Notes under the pieces: generated by a model
What the model was told of the DNA's origin: nothing
Database searches by the model: none
The model's input: only the letters and a program-made list of their open reading frames with translations
Part shown: positions 20,198 to 30,994 of the stretch, one piece after another
How positions within the stretch are numbered: the first letter of the stretch is position 1
Layout: each line of letters begins with the position of its first letter
Program-made: the position numbers and the translations under genes
Assembly (NCBI GenBank): GCA_965197475.1
Contig: CBDANF010000003.1
Coordinates: forward strand, 1,696,001-1,760,000
Source of the DNA: Candidatus Poribacteria bacterium
Lineage (GTDB): Bacteria; Poribacteria; WGA-4E; WGA-3G
Direction of reading: 5' to 3'
Length of the DNA: 64,000 nt

Positions 20198-20965
20198 ATG
20201 TTTAGTTGTGACTACCATATTCATACGCAACTTTCCGGATGTGCCGATAACGAGTTAAGTATAGAGAGAATTATTCATCTTCAACAGGAACGTGGCATTG
20301 AGACAATCGGGATAACTGACCATGATTATAGTTATCAATCTAAAGAAAAAACGATTCAAGCTGCACAGCAGGCGATAAAGGCAGCAGACCCGTCAATTGA
20401 AGTGCATTTTGGTGTGGAGTCACAGATGTTGGAATATCAGGTTACCTCAATACACATTCGTTTGGCATCATATTTTGATTATGTCCTGATGGCTCCAAAT
20501 CACTATCATTTACAGGGTGTTGCACAGCCGAGAAGTTTTCGCGATCCGCGTCGGGTGGCACTACACGAAATCTATATGTTTGAGGCAGCGATTTCTTGCC
20601 CTATCACCGATGCAGTCGTCCATCCTTTTCTCCTCTCCCCAGATGTTTTCCGGTTTTCTACAGAGGAGCTCGCTGCTTTTGCACAGGAAATGATGCGCAA
20701 TATTGAACAGAAACGGTTGATTTATCAACTTGATCTCGCCTCTCAGCGCGGACTCGGTATAGAAATCAGTCCCAAGATGGTTCGTTACAATCAACGCCAT
20801 CTCATAGAATTCTATCAACTATGCTTAGAACGGGATGTGAAACTGCTGATCGGGAGCGATGCACATAACGTAAAACAGTTGGAAGAACTTTCACTGCTTA
20901 CGCCAATTATAGAAGAATTGGGGATTACAGAAGAACACCTCTGGCATCCAAACAGAACAAATTAG
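20198..20965 (+). CDS. PHP-domain phosphoesterase
   Basis: DYHIHT, ITDH, GSDAH. Confidence 0.85.
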   Translation: MFSCDYHIHTQLSGCADNELSIERIIHLQQERGIETIGITDHDYSYQSKEKTIQAAQQAIKAADPSIEVHFGVESQMLEYQVTSIHIRLASYFDYVLMAPNHYHLQGVAQPRSFRDPRRVALHEIYMFEAAISCPITDAVVHPFLLSPDVFRFSTEELAAFAQEMMRNIEQKRLIYQLDLASQRGLGIEISPKMVRYNQRHLIEFYQLCLERDVKLLIGSDAHNVKQLEELSLLTPIIEELGITEEHLWHPNRTN

Positions 20966-21033
20966 TTTGTGATTATAAGTTGTCAACCGACCGTCGCATC
21001 GGTTAAATAAATATATTCAATTGTCGTGGAGCA

Positions 21034-21064
21034 TTCTTGTGGGAGGACTTTGTAAACCCGGTTT
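21034..21064 (+). repeat. REP-like short repeat (related copies at ~30806, ~34475, ~53707)
   Basis: TTCTTGTGGGAGG...TAAACCCGGTTT; related TCTTG(T/C)(G/A)G..GG..T..TAA.CC.GAT motifs in other intergenic regions. Confidence 0.55.
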
Positions 21065-21104
21065 ATGTGTTTGGTACATTTGATCCAACAATTTTCCAAT
21101 GGAA

Positions 21105-21165
21105 GTATGACACTTCTCTACATAGCCACGTTCCATGAAAACGTGGCTATGTAGAGAAGTCATAC
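21105..21165. repeat. Long hairpin between convergent genes
   Basis: 21-bp perfect stem ACTTCTCTACATAGCCACGTT / AACGTGGCTATGTAGAGAAGT, extended by GTATG/CATAC. Confidence 0.8.
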
Positions 21166-21169
21166 AAAT

Positions 21170-22113
21170 CAATTGGGACTTTTAATTCTTCCTCAAGTAG
21201 TGGTTAACAACGCTTCTGAAGGTGAGACAGTGAGGGTGAAGGGTCAAACCAAACCGCATCGAAATTGTGACCGTCATGCGTAAGCTGCTTGATCCTATGA
21301 GTGCTTAAATTGACTGTGAAAAGTTGGGCACCAACGTTTTCTGCCTGTGCATATAAAAGTTCATCACCGCTTGGTGACCACGCCAATGATCGGACATAGG
21401 TATCAATCTCAGCAATCTGCTCAAGTTCGGTTCCGTCTTGATTTACAGTGTAAATACCGCTTTCCTCCCCTATTCGCGACCAGTAAAAGGCAATTTTTTT
21501 ACCGTCAGGTGACCAAGTAGGGTAAAGCATCCACGGAGGATTTTTTGACACAAGCTTCTCTTGTGTGTTGGTTTCAAGGTTATATATGTAGATTTCTCTT
21601 TTTTGGAAGGCAGCCATTACAAAAGCTATCTCTGTGCCATCAGGCGACCAAGCAGGATCCCCGCCTCGTCTGTCCACCGGAATTACCGGGCAACAGATTG
21701 TCCATCTGTTGTGGCAATGTGGATATTCCAACTTTGGGATATTTTTGAATACGCCATATAAGCAATTTGTTTCCCATCAGGGGACCACGATGGTTCGCGT
21801 TTGTAATTCCCGGTGTCAAAGACAGGTTTCATGTTTGTTCCGTCTGCGTCCATAACATAGATGTCATGAAGCCCATTGTTGTTCCGTGCGCCAAAAAGAA
21901 TCTGTTCTCCCAAGGGAGACCAAGCTAATTGGTTAACCGTTTTTCGGATTAAGTTGACACGGTTACCCCCATCTGGGTTCATCATGTCAATACCCCATGT
22001 GTTATCAATTTTTGACACAAACGCAATTTTTGCAGTTGCGGGTGCCTTTGCCATAACCGGACACAACAACATTAGATTTATACCGCATAACAGCAAAAAA
22101 CGTAAATTTTCAT
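21170..22113 (-). pseudogene. TolB-like (PD40 beta-propeller) secreted protein, disrupted
   Basis: WSPDG repeats split over two ORFs. The RBS-linked ATG (22113) is out of frame. The tail VSPSEALLTTT*GRIK is in another frame with TGA in place of Trp. Confidence 0.8.
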
Positions 22114-22458
22114 TGGAAATCCTCCTATAAATACAGGTTCACTTTCAAACACTATTTAATCTTCCGAAAAGTACATTGAATATTACCCGTCCGTACCCAA
22201 CCCTCCGGGGTCAGTTCAATTCTACCGTAACGTGTCAAATGCAACAGGTCATCGGTGCCGGATTCTCCTTGAAAAAAAGAAACACCAACACCTGGCGCGA
22301 GTGATCTCGAAAAAGTAGCATCACTTTCCTTATGGAGTTCACCGTAAGATTCAAGCAAAGTTTGGCGTTCTTCTTGGGTTTTCAAGGTAGTTTAATTGAC
22401 ACAACTAATCAAAATGAGAAACACAGCGTACAGAAATGTTAGTGTTTCATGGTTTCAC

Positions 22459-23205
22459 CTATTTTATCGTTACTAAAATAGCATTGGATTCAAGGGATGT
22501 CTTTCCACGACTCGAATTTAGTGGCAGATAAATGTTCTGCAGCTCATCCTTGTATTTCTCTTTGATGAATTCAATTTGGTCTTGCGTGTAACTGATGGCT
22601 TCTTTTTTTACCTCTGGCGTGAACTGTGGACTAGGATTATTCTGGATTTCCTGAATCTCGCGTTCCAATTCAATCACTTGTGGATGCTGATCTTGAAAGA
22701 ACTCATTGTATACCTCTAATACAATCGTAACTTTTACTGTGTAATTACCAGGTTCAAGTTGATAATGTTTCTGCAGGTTTTCCAATGAAACCTTCTGTGT
22801 TGCACCTGCTTTCAGATCAAAACCTTGAACACATCTGACAGATTCTCCATCTTGATAGAGTGTTTTGAGCGTGTTTGCAGGTGGAAGAGGGCGTTTCATT
22901 CTGACAATCTCACCGTTGCTGTCTGTAACTGTAAGTTGTTTGAAAACCCTTTGTGTTGAAACGGTTGAAAATGGCACCAGCAGATCGAACTTACCGTTTT
23001 GAATGTTAATCTCCAGCGGAATTACTTCTTGTGTTGAATAAGTCGTTTTAGGTGTGGAAAGTTCAAAGACCGCGAGAAGAGCCGATTTTTCTCCTTCAGT
23101 TGAGGAAACTTCCGTCTCAACCGGCCGCAATCCTCTCTCTAAGCTACCGACACATCCACACAAGCTGACAATTAGAAACAGATAAAAAAATGTAAATAGT
23201 TTCAT
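22459..23205 (-). CDS. Hypothetical lipoprotein
   Basis: Signal MKLFTFFYLFLIVSLCGC; GGAG RBS; Ig-like LEPGNYTVKV. Confidence 0.75.
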   Translation of the reverse strand: MKLFTFFYLFLIVSLCGCVGSLERGLRPVETEVSSTEGEKSALLAVFELSTPKTTYSTQEVIPLEINIQNGKFDLLVPFSTVSTQRVFKQLTVTDSNGEIVRMKRPLPPANTLKTLYQDGESVRCVQGFDLKAGATQKVSLENLQKHYQLEPGNYTVKVTIVLEVYNEFFQDQHPQVIELEREIQEIQNNPSPQFTPEVKKEAISYTQDQIEFIKEKYKDELQNIYLPLNSSRGKTSLESNAILVTIK

Positions 23206-23313
23206 AAGTGTATATCTCCTAAAATTACCCAAGTTGCTACCTAACAAATTACTTTTAAATTCATGGGATTTCCTCTATAATGTTTTATCACAACAAAACA
23301 AAAGGAGAACCTC

Positions 23314-23670
23314 ATGGACTTAACCATTGTAGCACTTTATACGATTTGTGACGATCTTTTAATTTCACTCGGTCATTGGACACATCCACAAGCACAAATG
23401 TCGGATGCTGAAGTGGTGACAACTGTGGTTATTGCAGCACGATTTTTTGGAGGCAATCATCAAACCGCTTGCTGTGTCCTAAAAACACTCGGATATATCC
23501 CCGATATGTTAGGGCACTCGCGATACAATCGTAGACTCCATAAGGTCTCTCGGTTGTTTCAAACGCTTTTTGAACATCTCGCTGAAGTATCTAAATCCAA
23601 TAATCCGAAAAACATTTACGCGATTGACACCTATCCCGTCGCCGTGTGTGACAACATTACGACTTGGTAA
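23314..23670 (+). pseudogene. Truncated IS982-family transposase
   Basis: IVALYTICDDLL, MSDAEVVT, SRYNRRLH, YAIDTYPVAVCDN, then a stop at 118 aa. Confidence 0.8.
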
Positions 23671-23700
23671 GTCAGTCCTACCAATCTATACTGCATAAGA

Positions 23701-25839
23701 TCATTTCCTTCCCATAGCATTTGCTACTTTTACTAAGTCCTGGATATTTACAACACCATCTTTATTGACATCATTTCTTAACCCAATCCCACTAAAAAAG
23801 CAACTCTCTCCGAAATCGTTGGCAACGCTAACTAAATCTTGAATGTTAACGACACCATCAGCGTTAACGTCTTCTGGGAGAAGTTCCGATATAGGTAGTA
23901 TGGAAGCCACATCCCACAAAAATCTGCCCGCTGTAAAATCCTTACCATCTGGGCTGAACGTTACGTTACTCCATCCTCCAGTAAGCATGTGCAGCAGCGC
24001 GCCGGTGTTCACATCCCAAAAATGAATATTATTAGGGAATCTGAGGAAAGAACGACTTGCAAGCGTTTGCCCATCTGGACTGAACGCAACGCTTTCCACA
24101 GTTGCCTTAAACAACGTTCGCAGCAGCGTGCCAGTGTTCACATCCCATAAATGAACTCCTACATCATCCCCACTTGCCAGTGTTTGCCCGTCCGGACTGA
24201 ACGCAACGCTATAAACCTTATGATACATTAATGTATCACTTTTCAGCGTGTATAACAGCGTGCCGGTATTCACATCCCATAAACGGGTGGTGCTATCCTG
24301 ACTCCCACTTGCAATCATTTGTCCATCCGGACTGAACGCAACGCTACTCATAGTAAACGTATGTCCTCTGAATGTTTGCAGAAGATCACCGGTGTTTACA
24401 TCCCATAATTCTATGATATTGAGATTAGTATTATAAGACCCACTTGCACTTGCGAGCGTTTGTCCGTCCGGACTAAACGCAACACTCCGAACATTATTCG
24501 CGTTTGCTTTGAATACGTGCAGAGTCTGACCGGTATTTACATCCCACAAACGGATAAAATTGTTATGATCCCCACTTGCCAGTGTTTGCCCGTCCGGGCT
24601 GAACGCAACGCTGGTGATCGTAGTACCATGCCCTAAAAGCATGCGTAGATGCTCACCGGTGTCTGCATCATAAAGATTAAGAGTAAGCCCATTCACTCTT
24701 GCAAGCATCTGACTATCAGGACTAAACGCCACACTACGTTCACCGAGAGCGTCTCCTATAAATCCTGTGATCGTGTGGAGTTTTCTAAAGGTATTGACAT
24801 CAATAAAACATATAGAACCGTCATAACCGCTACTCGCGAGTGTTTGGCCATCCGGACTAAACACCACCTGCATAACCGGAAACCTATGCGTGATTTCATT
24901 TATCTGACGAGAATGTGGTGCCACCGCACGCAGAATCCTGCCAGTGTTCGTATCCCGAAGTTTGATAGAAACTTCACCAGCCACACTTAAACTTACGAAT
25001 GTCTGCCAATCTGGGCTGAACACAATACTCTTATGATAACCACCCCCCAACGTGAATGTACGCAGCAGCGTGCCGGTTTCTACATCGTAGAATTGGAGCG
25101 TACTATCCCAAAGTGCAAGAGTTTGTCCATCTGGACTGAACATAAACAAATTACTTTGTCCAAGCGGCGTGAATGTGTGAAGAAGTATGCCTGTCTCCAC
25201 GCGCCACAACTGAGTGTTATTTTCAGGCCCACGACTTACAAGTATCTGTCCATCCGGGCTAAGACTATGTTTTGAAATAGGACCGGGGATCGGGAGTGAG
25301 CGCAAAAGTTTGCCCCCTGTGTCCACATCATAGAATTGAGTGGAATCCTTGCTACCTACTGCCAATATATGTCCATCTGCACTGAATGCCATTCCATAAC
25401 TCCGAGAGGAATAATTAAGATGACTAAATATCACTGTGCATACAACCCATCCGCGCTCCGTTGATTTGAGTGACTGGCTATTACTCAGCCCACCTATATC
25501 AGGTTGTGGTAGCTTATTTGTTGTAATCTCGTTCAGAAGGGTGCCGGTGTTCACATCATAGAATTTAGCACTCCTGTATCCTGCAAGAGATACTACGAGA
25601 ACTCGAACCTGTTTATTCGGACTCAGCCACTCGTTTGGCGAGTCCTCAATAGGCAGTTCTTGGTAGGTAACAGCATCATAAAAAAGTCTTCCATTAACTA
25701 TAAAATGTGTGCCATCTGGTGAGTACGCTATATCCGTTATCTGCCCTTTACCGATGTTTCTTTTAGTCGTGTCTTGGGCAGAACTTGTTGATAGAAAAAG
25801 TATTGTCAAAAAAACGATGATACCGGTAAAATATTTCAA
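23701..25839 (-). CDS. Secreted WD40-repeat protein with C-terminal dockerin-like domain
   Basis: Signal peptide; many SVAFSPDGQTLAS..WD repeats; DVNADGVVNIQDL twice. Confidence 0.9.
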   Translation of the reverse strand: MKYFTGIIVFLTILFLSTSSAQDTTKRNIGKGQITDIAYSPDGTHFIVNGRLFYDAVTYQELPIEDSPNEWLSPNKQVRVLVVSLAGYRSAKFYDVNTGTLLNEITTNKLPQPDIGGLSNSQSLKSTERGWVVCTVIFSHLNYSSRSYGMAFSADGHILAVGSKDSTQFYDVDTGGKLLRSLPIPGPISKHSLSPDGQILVSRGPENNTQLWRVETGILLHTFTPLGQSNLFMFSPDGQTLALWDSTLQFYDVETGTLLRTFTLGGGYHKSIVFSPDWQTFVSLSVAGEVSIKLRDTNTGRILRAVAPHSRQINEITHRFPVMQVVFSPDGQTLASSGYDGSICFIDVNTFRKLHTITGFIGDALGERSVAFSPDSQMLARVNGLTLNLYDADTGEHLRMLLGHGTTITSVAFSPDGQTLASGDHNNFIRLWDVNTGQTLHVFKANANNVRSVAFSPDGQTLASASGSYNTNLNIIELWDVNTGDLLQTFRGHTFTMSSVAFSPDGQMIASGSQDSTTRLWDVNTGTLLYTLKSDTLMYHKVYSVAFSPDGQTLASGDDVGVHLWDVNTGTLLRTLFKATVESVAFSPDGQTLASRSFLRFPNNIHFWDVNTGALLHMLTGGWSNVTFSPDGKDFTAGRFLWDVASILPISELLPEDVNADGVVNIQDLVSVANDFGESCFFSGIGLRNDVNKDGVVNIQDLVKVANAMGRK

Positions 25840-25919
25840 AAGTATTCTCCTTACTTTATTTGACAGGTGAAAAGGTGTTTTTAGGACGTTTGATATGTTT
25901 AGTCAAACTCACAGTATGT

Positions 25920-27008
25920 TTACAAAGATATGAGTGATATACCCAAACCTGAGCGCGTAGACAGTTCAATAAAACCGTCAATAATTTGTTCGGGCGGGTC
26001 AACGAGGGCACTACGCCAATCTACTTCACCCCATGCATATTCAAGGATACCGAAGTTCGGTACACTTGCCATACATTGCACGCTTGCAGCTGTCGCAACG
26101 GGACCGCTTGGGTTATGAGGTGTTACTTTGACATTCGTTGTCTCTGTGAGGGTTGCTATCTTTTTTAAACCCAACAAACCACCGACATGTTTGACATCCG
26201 GCAATATATAGTCAACGCGCCCTTGTTTTAGTAGTCTGTCAAAATCTGTGAGTGTACGCAGTCGTTCTCCTGTTGCAATCGGCATAGACGTAGATTGACT
26301 TACATGCGCAACAGCATCAAGGTCGGTTAACGGCACCGGATCTTCAATCCAGAAGAGGTTCAGGTCGTCCAATGCTTTGGCTGTTTGAATGATGAGACCC
26401 GGATTAAACCGACTATGGCAGTCTACCATTAGATCTATTTCTGGACCGATAGCAGCACGAATCGCACGAATCCGATCAATACCCTGACAGATAGCAAGGT
26501 TAAGAGTGCCTTTCGAGATATCCGAGACTGAAACACCATCGAACGGTGCGCATTTTATTGCAGTAAATCCTTCGGCGACTGCTTGCTCAGCGTTTCGTGC
26601 AAAACCTTGTGGACTGCGATCTACTGTAGCACGGTTTATATTCGCATATAGACGAATTCGATTTCGGCACTTGCCACCGAGCAATTGATAACTCGGAACA
26701 TCTAACGTCTTGCCGGCCAAATCCCACATCGCCTGTTCAATTCCACTAAATGCGGTATGATAGGCGTGTCCTTCACTCTCACGGAAGAAACGGCGGCGAA
26801 ATGTTTCTAATTCAAACACATTCCACCCGATGAGTGTAGGTTTTAGTGTTTCAATTAGATATTTGACCCGTGCATCGTCTCTACCGTGGGAAGCTTCACC
26901 GATGCCAATTGTACCATCTTCAGCGTGAATTCTAACAAAAAGCCAATTACCGCGATGGTTCACATGGATGATTTCGGTCTCTACAGTTTTGATCTTTAGG
27001 GTGTACAT
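25920..27008 (-). CDS. Mandelate racemase/enolase-superfamily dehydratase (galactonate dehydratase-like)
   Basis: SGIEQAMWDL, MVDCH, WIEDP, ATGER, PHNPSGP. Confidence 0.85.
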   Translation of the reverse strand: MYTLKIKTVETEIIHVNHRGNWLFVRIHAEDGTIGIGEASHGRDDARVKYLIETLKPTLIGWNVFELETFRRRFFRESEGHAYHTAFSGIEQAMWDLAGKTLDVPSYQLLGGKCRNRIRLYANINRATVDRSPQGFARNAEQAVAEGFTAIKCAPFDGVSVSDISKGTLNLAICQGIDRIRAIRAAIGPEIDLMVDCHSRFNPGLIIQTAKALDDLNLFWIEDPVPLTDLDAVAHVSQSTSMPIATGERLRTLTDFDRLLKQGRVDYILPDVKHVGGLLGLKKIATLTETTNVKVTPHNPSGPVATAASVQCMASVPNFGILEYAWGEVDWRSALVDPPEQIIDGFIELSTRSGLGISLISL

Positions 27009-27018
27009 CTTTCGGACT

Positions 27019-27666
27019 TTACGATGTCGCTGCCCATCTTACTGCTTGCGTAAGAAATTTCTGCATTCCGGCTCGTTCAAAGGTACCCGGCCCGTGCCCC
27101 AAGGTAGTATAAAAAACACGCCCCGAACCGTAAGACTTAACCCATGCCATCGGATGCGCCTTGCCGAACCATTCTGCTGTTGCTAATACATGTATGTGCG
27201 GGTCGTACGCTGAGATGTAGATTTCATCTTCAACGTCAAAATCCGATACGCCTTGAGTTGTAGGATGTTCAGTGTCCTCAATACACACAGTAAAGGTTGA
27301 GCCCGGCGGATGCCAGTTTGCATGTCCACCAATCAGATCAACGGCGCGACCACCAATCCACCACGCGGTACCATGAATACCGACTAATCCTTTGCCCTCA
27401 TGCACAAACTGAAACAGACCGCCTTCTTGCGCAGGTGTTAAATCTGGGACGCGTTTGGAAGTGCCATCCTCTTGGCGTTCTGAGCGGGTGAAGCCAGTAC
27501 CGAAGACACACGCGTCATAGTTACTTAACTCATTGGACGCTAAGATATCTTTATCGTCGGTTAAGGTTGCAGAAATTTCTGCATCTGTATCCAGAAAACT
27601 GTGAATTACATTTGCACTCGCATTAAAACGATGGTTATCACCGGATAGCACGAGAATTTTTGACAT
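27019..27666 (-). CDS. ThuA-domain protein
   Basis: GKGLVGIH, DEIY, GSGRVFYTTLGH. Confidence 0.85.
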   Translation of the reverse strand: MSKILVLSGDNHRFNASANVIHSFLDTDAEISATLTDDKDILASNELSNYDACVFGTGFTRSERQEDGTSKRVPDLTPAQEGGLFQFVHEGKGLVGIHGTAWWIGGRAVDLIGGHANWHPPGSTFTVCIEDTEHPTTQGVSDFDVEDEIYISAYDPHIHVLATAEWFGKAHPMAWVKSYGSGRVFYTTLGHGPGTFERAGMQKFLTQAVRWAATS

Positions 27667-28075
27667 AATTGTCTCCTTCCGAACAGCATTGGTAACTCGC
27701 TTATCATGAGAATCTAAACGAGTGAAGTGTTCTTAGTGTCAAAAGTATAGTTGAAAACCGAAAATATGTCAATATAATTGCGGAGCTACGCAGATCTATT
27801 CAATTCTCGTGAAATACGCTTAGGTAATACCATTTCTAAGAGATTGTATTGCATTATTTCGTCCGTCGGGTAGAGCTTGCGATACCCTTATGCGTCAATT
27901 TTAGTGTTATGCGGCGGAAAAAATGGACACCTGTCGCCCCTCTGGGACTTGGTAAACACAGACATCAGCTATACACCTCATGCAGCATGCCATACGCGCA
28001 TGCTGCCTCTCCGAGGTATAGTCAATCGTATATCAGCACCAGCGGTGCGGAAGGTGTATGGTATAAAACAATCTA

Positions 28076-29029
28076 TTATGATATTTTGTCAATTAGATAT
28101 GGTATAATATCCCACAACCGCACTGTGCCATCCTCACTGCCACTCGCAAGTTTTGTCCCATCAGGATTGAACGCGACACTTTTAACAGATGCTGTATGAC
28201 TAGCAATAGTCTTAAGTTGTGCACCTATGTTAACATCCCATAGACGGATAGTTTTGTCCTCACTGCCACTTGCAAGTATCCTTCCATTAGGACTGAACGC
28301 AACACTCCAGACAACATCCGTATGCCCAGTCAGTAATTTCAGTTCCTCTTTCGTGGTAGTATCCCACAAGCGAATGGTTTTGTCCCAACTTCCGCTCGCG
28401 AGGGTCCTGCCATCAGGACTGAACGCTACGCTAAAGACCCAATTTGTATGTCCTTCAAAGGTCGCCTCGTGTTCACCCGTTGCAATATCCCATAAGCGGA
28501 TAGTGTTAGCAGCATTCCCACTCGCGAGTGTCTGTCCATCCGGACTGAACACAACGCTAAAGATATTCTCTGTCCCCTCAGTAAGAGCTTTCAGTTTTTC
28601 ACCTGTCGCCACATCCCACAGATAAAGATTACCGTCCTCACTACCACTCGCGAGTGTCTTACCATCCACACTAAATGCAACGGTATTGACCCAATGCAAA
28701 GCCGTACTTGTCCTCTTCCGCAATGTTTTGAGCTGTTCCCTTGTTTCCGCATCCCAAAGGCAGATCGTCTCACTTTCACTAACACCACCAGCGATAATTC
28801 GTCCATCTGGACTGAATGCAACACTTCTGACAGTACTTGTGCAATGCCCTCCGATATCCACCCAGAACATCTTCTTTTCTTTTCCAGTGGCAACATCCCA
28901 GAAGCGGATAGTGTTGTCCTTGTCCCCTGCAAGTATAGAACCATCTGGACTGAACGCCACACTATAGCGTCTTTCTTTATCTTCATCAATCGTCAAGTGA
29001 GGTATGTGTTCGGCAGTGGTTGTCTCCAT
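28076..29029 (-). CDS. WD40-repeat protein
   Basis: Seven repeats of type SVAFSPDG..LASGS.D.TIRLWD. Confidence 0.9.
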   Translation of the reverse strand: METTTAEHIPHLTIDEDKERRYSVAFSPDGSILAGDKDNTIRFWDVATGKEKKMFWVDIGGHCTSTVRSVAFSPDGRIIAGGVSESETICLWDAETREQLKTLRKRTSTALHWVNTVAFSVDGKTLASGSEDGNLYLWDVATGEKLKALTEGTENIFSVVFSPDGQTLASGNAANTIRLWDIATGEHEATFEGHTNWVFSVAFSPDGRTLASGSWDKTIRLWDTTTKEELKLLTGHTDVVWSVAFSPNGRILASGSEDKTIRLWDVNIGAQLKTIASHTASVKSVAFNPDGTKLASGSEDGTVRLWDIIPYLIDKIS

Positions 29030-29050
29030 AACGAAATTTCTCCTTTGGTA

Positions 29051-30674
29051 TTATTTTTCGGATGTTGCCGATGAAGGCGGTCTCTGCATCACAGGAATTA
29101 CATAGCTGCGAATTGTCAAACCTTCTACTGTTTGGGTTTCTAAACGCGGGGTTGAGTTTTCGCGATGGTCAAAAACGACGTAGTAACCCTCTACTGCTCG
29201 TTCTAATTTGAGGTATGCGATCAGCTGCTTTTTGCCTGCTTCATAACGTCGTTCGCCTTCCCATATCTTTGTTTCAACGATATATTTTCGCCCATTGTGG
29301 AAAATGATGAGGTTAATCCTGCCACGTCCGGTTTGCGCTTCAAGATACATAACACCGCGTACAATGCTGACGAATTGATCAAGGTAAGCATAAAGAAGGT
29401 CCTGCCCGACGAACTCTTGTGGCGTTTCTGGCACTTGGAGTATTCGAAAGCCGACGCGGGCAATAAAATCACGGAAGTTATCCAGCAGCCGTTCTAAATC
29501 AATATATCTTGTTGGGGTGAGGTAATCTTCAAAATCGGTATCTTCCGGAAAGTATTCGTGTTCAAGTCCGTTAAATAACGGTTTGAATGCCTGCAGGATG
29601 CACTGCTGATAAATTGGATTGACAATTTCACAGAGATCGTCTGTGCCTTTTGCTATGACACCATAAGTAGTGAGTTCATTCATGATGTCATCATACGGAT
29701 TGAGGGGGACACCTCTCTCATAAGATGCGATCTTCATGAGAATATTTTTAAAGCGCGGATCCCGACGAACATTCGTAATCAGGTGTTGAATGTTGGTATT
29801 TCGTTCTTGGATAATTTGTGCGTGTGCCGTCAGAAAGTGTTCCATGCGAATTTGTTCGGTTTTCGGGATGTCCATCTCCTCGGTAAGAATCTGTGCGAAC
29901 CGATTGACAAGGAAGGGCTGTCCCCCGGTCTGTCTATGAAGCATTTCAATAACTTCAGGCGTGAAGGGTTGTCCAGTTTCTTCAGTGTACTGCGATAGCA
30001 ATTCCTGTACCTGTGCAAGCGTGAAGTTAGGTAGATTGAAGTCATCTTGGATATTGAACGGGGAGATGGAACGGTCGTAGTTCAGCTGTGTAATGCTCTT
30101 AACACCGACGATACCGACGCTATGTGGACATTGAAGTTCAGTAGAGAGATAGATATGGCGGAGCGTATAGAGAAAATCACTAACAACCGTTTCAGGAATT
30201 CCATCAAACTCATCAATAAAAAGCACAACGTGCTGCCCATCATACTCATAATCTAACAAATTGTCAAACTGCTGAAAAAAGTTCAACATTGAGAAAGAAT
30301 CAGTCAGTTGTGTATCCTTCAAAAATTGTGTTAGTGTCTCAGAAATTCCCTTTCCACTTTGGCGTAAGACTGTTTCTATTTGCCCACGTATCATTTCCAC
30401 GTATCATTTCATAGAGACGTTCATAAAAAATGGTAGGCGAGACATTGCGCAGTATTTGGAAATCCAGTTGAATTGGGAAGTAGCTTGGGATTTCTGTTGA
30501 GAGTGTATCAAGTGCGCGACGGAAAAAGGTGGTTTTGCCGGTCTGGCGCGGGGCAAAGAGAACAATATATCTTCCATCTCTAATGCGGTTAATGAAGTCA
30601 GCAGTCTCCTCAGCGCGTGAAACGACGTAGTTTTTCTGTGGATTTACGGGACCTCGGGTTTCAAAACGTCTCAT
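29051..30674 (-). pseudogene. AAA-like ATPase with C-terminal PD-(D/E)xK-like domain, frameshifted
   Basis: Walker A APRQTGKTT in 30339..30674; Walker B LFIDEFD and IVETK in 29051..30400; 13-bp tandem duplication CCACGTATCATTT at 30384-30409. Confidence 0.85.
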
Positions 30675-30994
30675 TTTTCTCTCCTTGTCATTAGCATTTT
30701 CCCGCCTTTATTGTACCAGAATCCATAGGCATAAATCAAGGTTGATTTTCGATACGGGCAGGGCTATTTAGTTTTCCGTGGTTTCTTGAAATTCAGCGTG
30801 AATTATTCTTGTGGGAGGGATTTATAACCCAGATTTACGCGAATTATAGCGCGCTAAGTCCCAATATTGCATTCTGAAAACCTAAAACTAAATCACCCTA
30901 ATAATTCATACTTTACCCAGAACTTTACACATTCGACGGTGGATAGAACAGATATTCGTTGCCTCAATACCAACAAGTATGGTATGATAGAAAT

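Noticed and set aside
21190-21200. TGA recoding (Trp or Sec) in the TolB-like tail
   Set aside because: The gene has additional frameshifts and TGA is used as a normal stop elsewhere in the window; pseudogenisation is simpler.
22152-22385. 77-aa ORF
   Set aside because: No clear RBS or recognisable motif; may be a gene remnant, so not called.
23843-29074. Antisense ORFs over WD40 genes (also 44273-45190)
   Set aside because: Shadow frames produced by repetitive codon patterns on the opposite strand.
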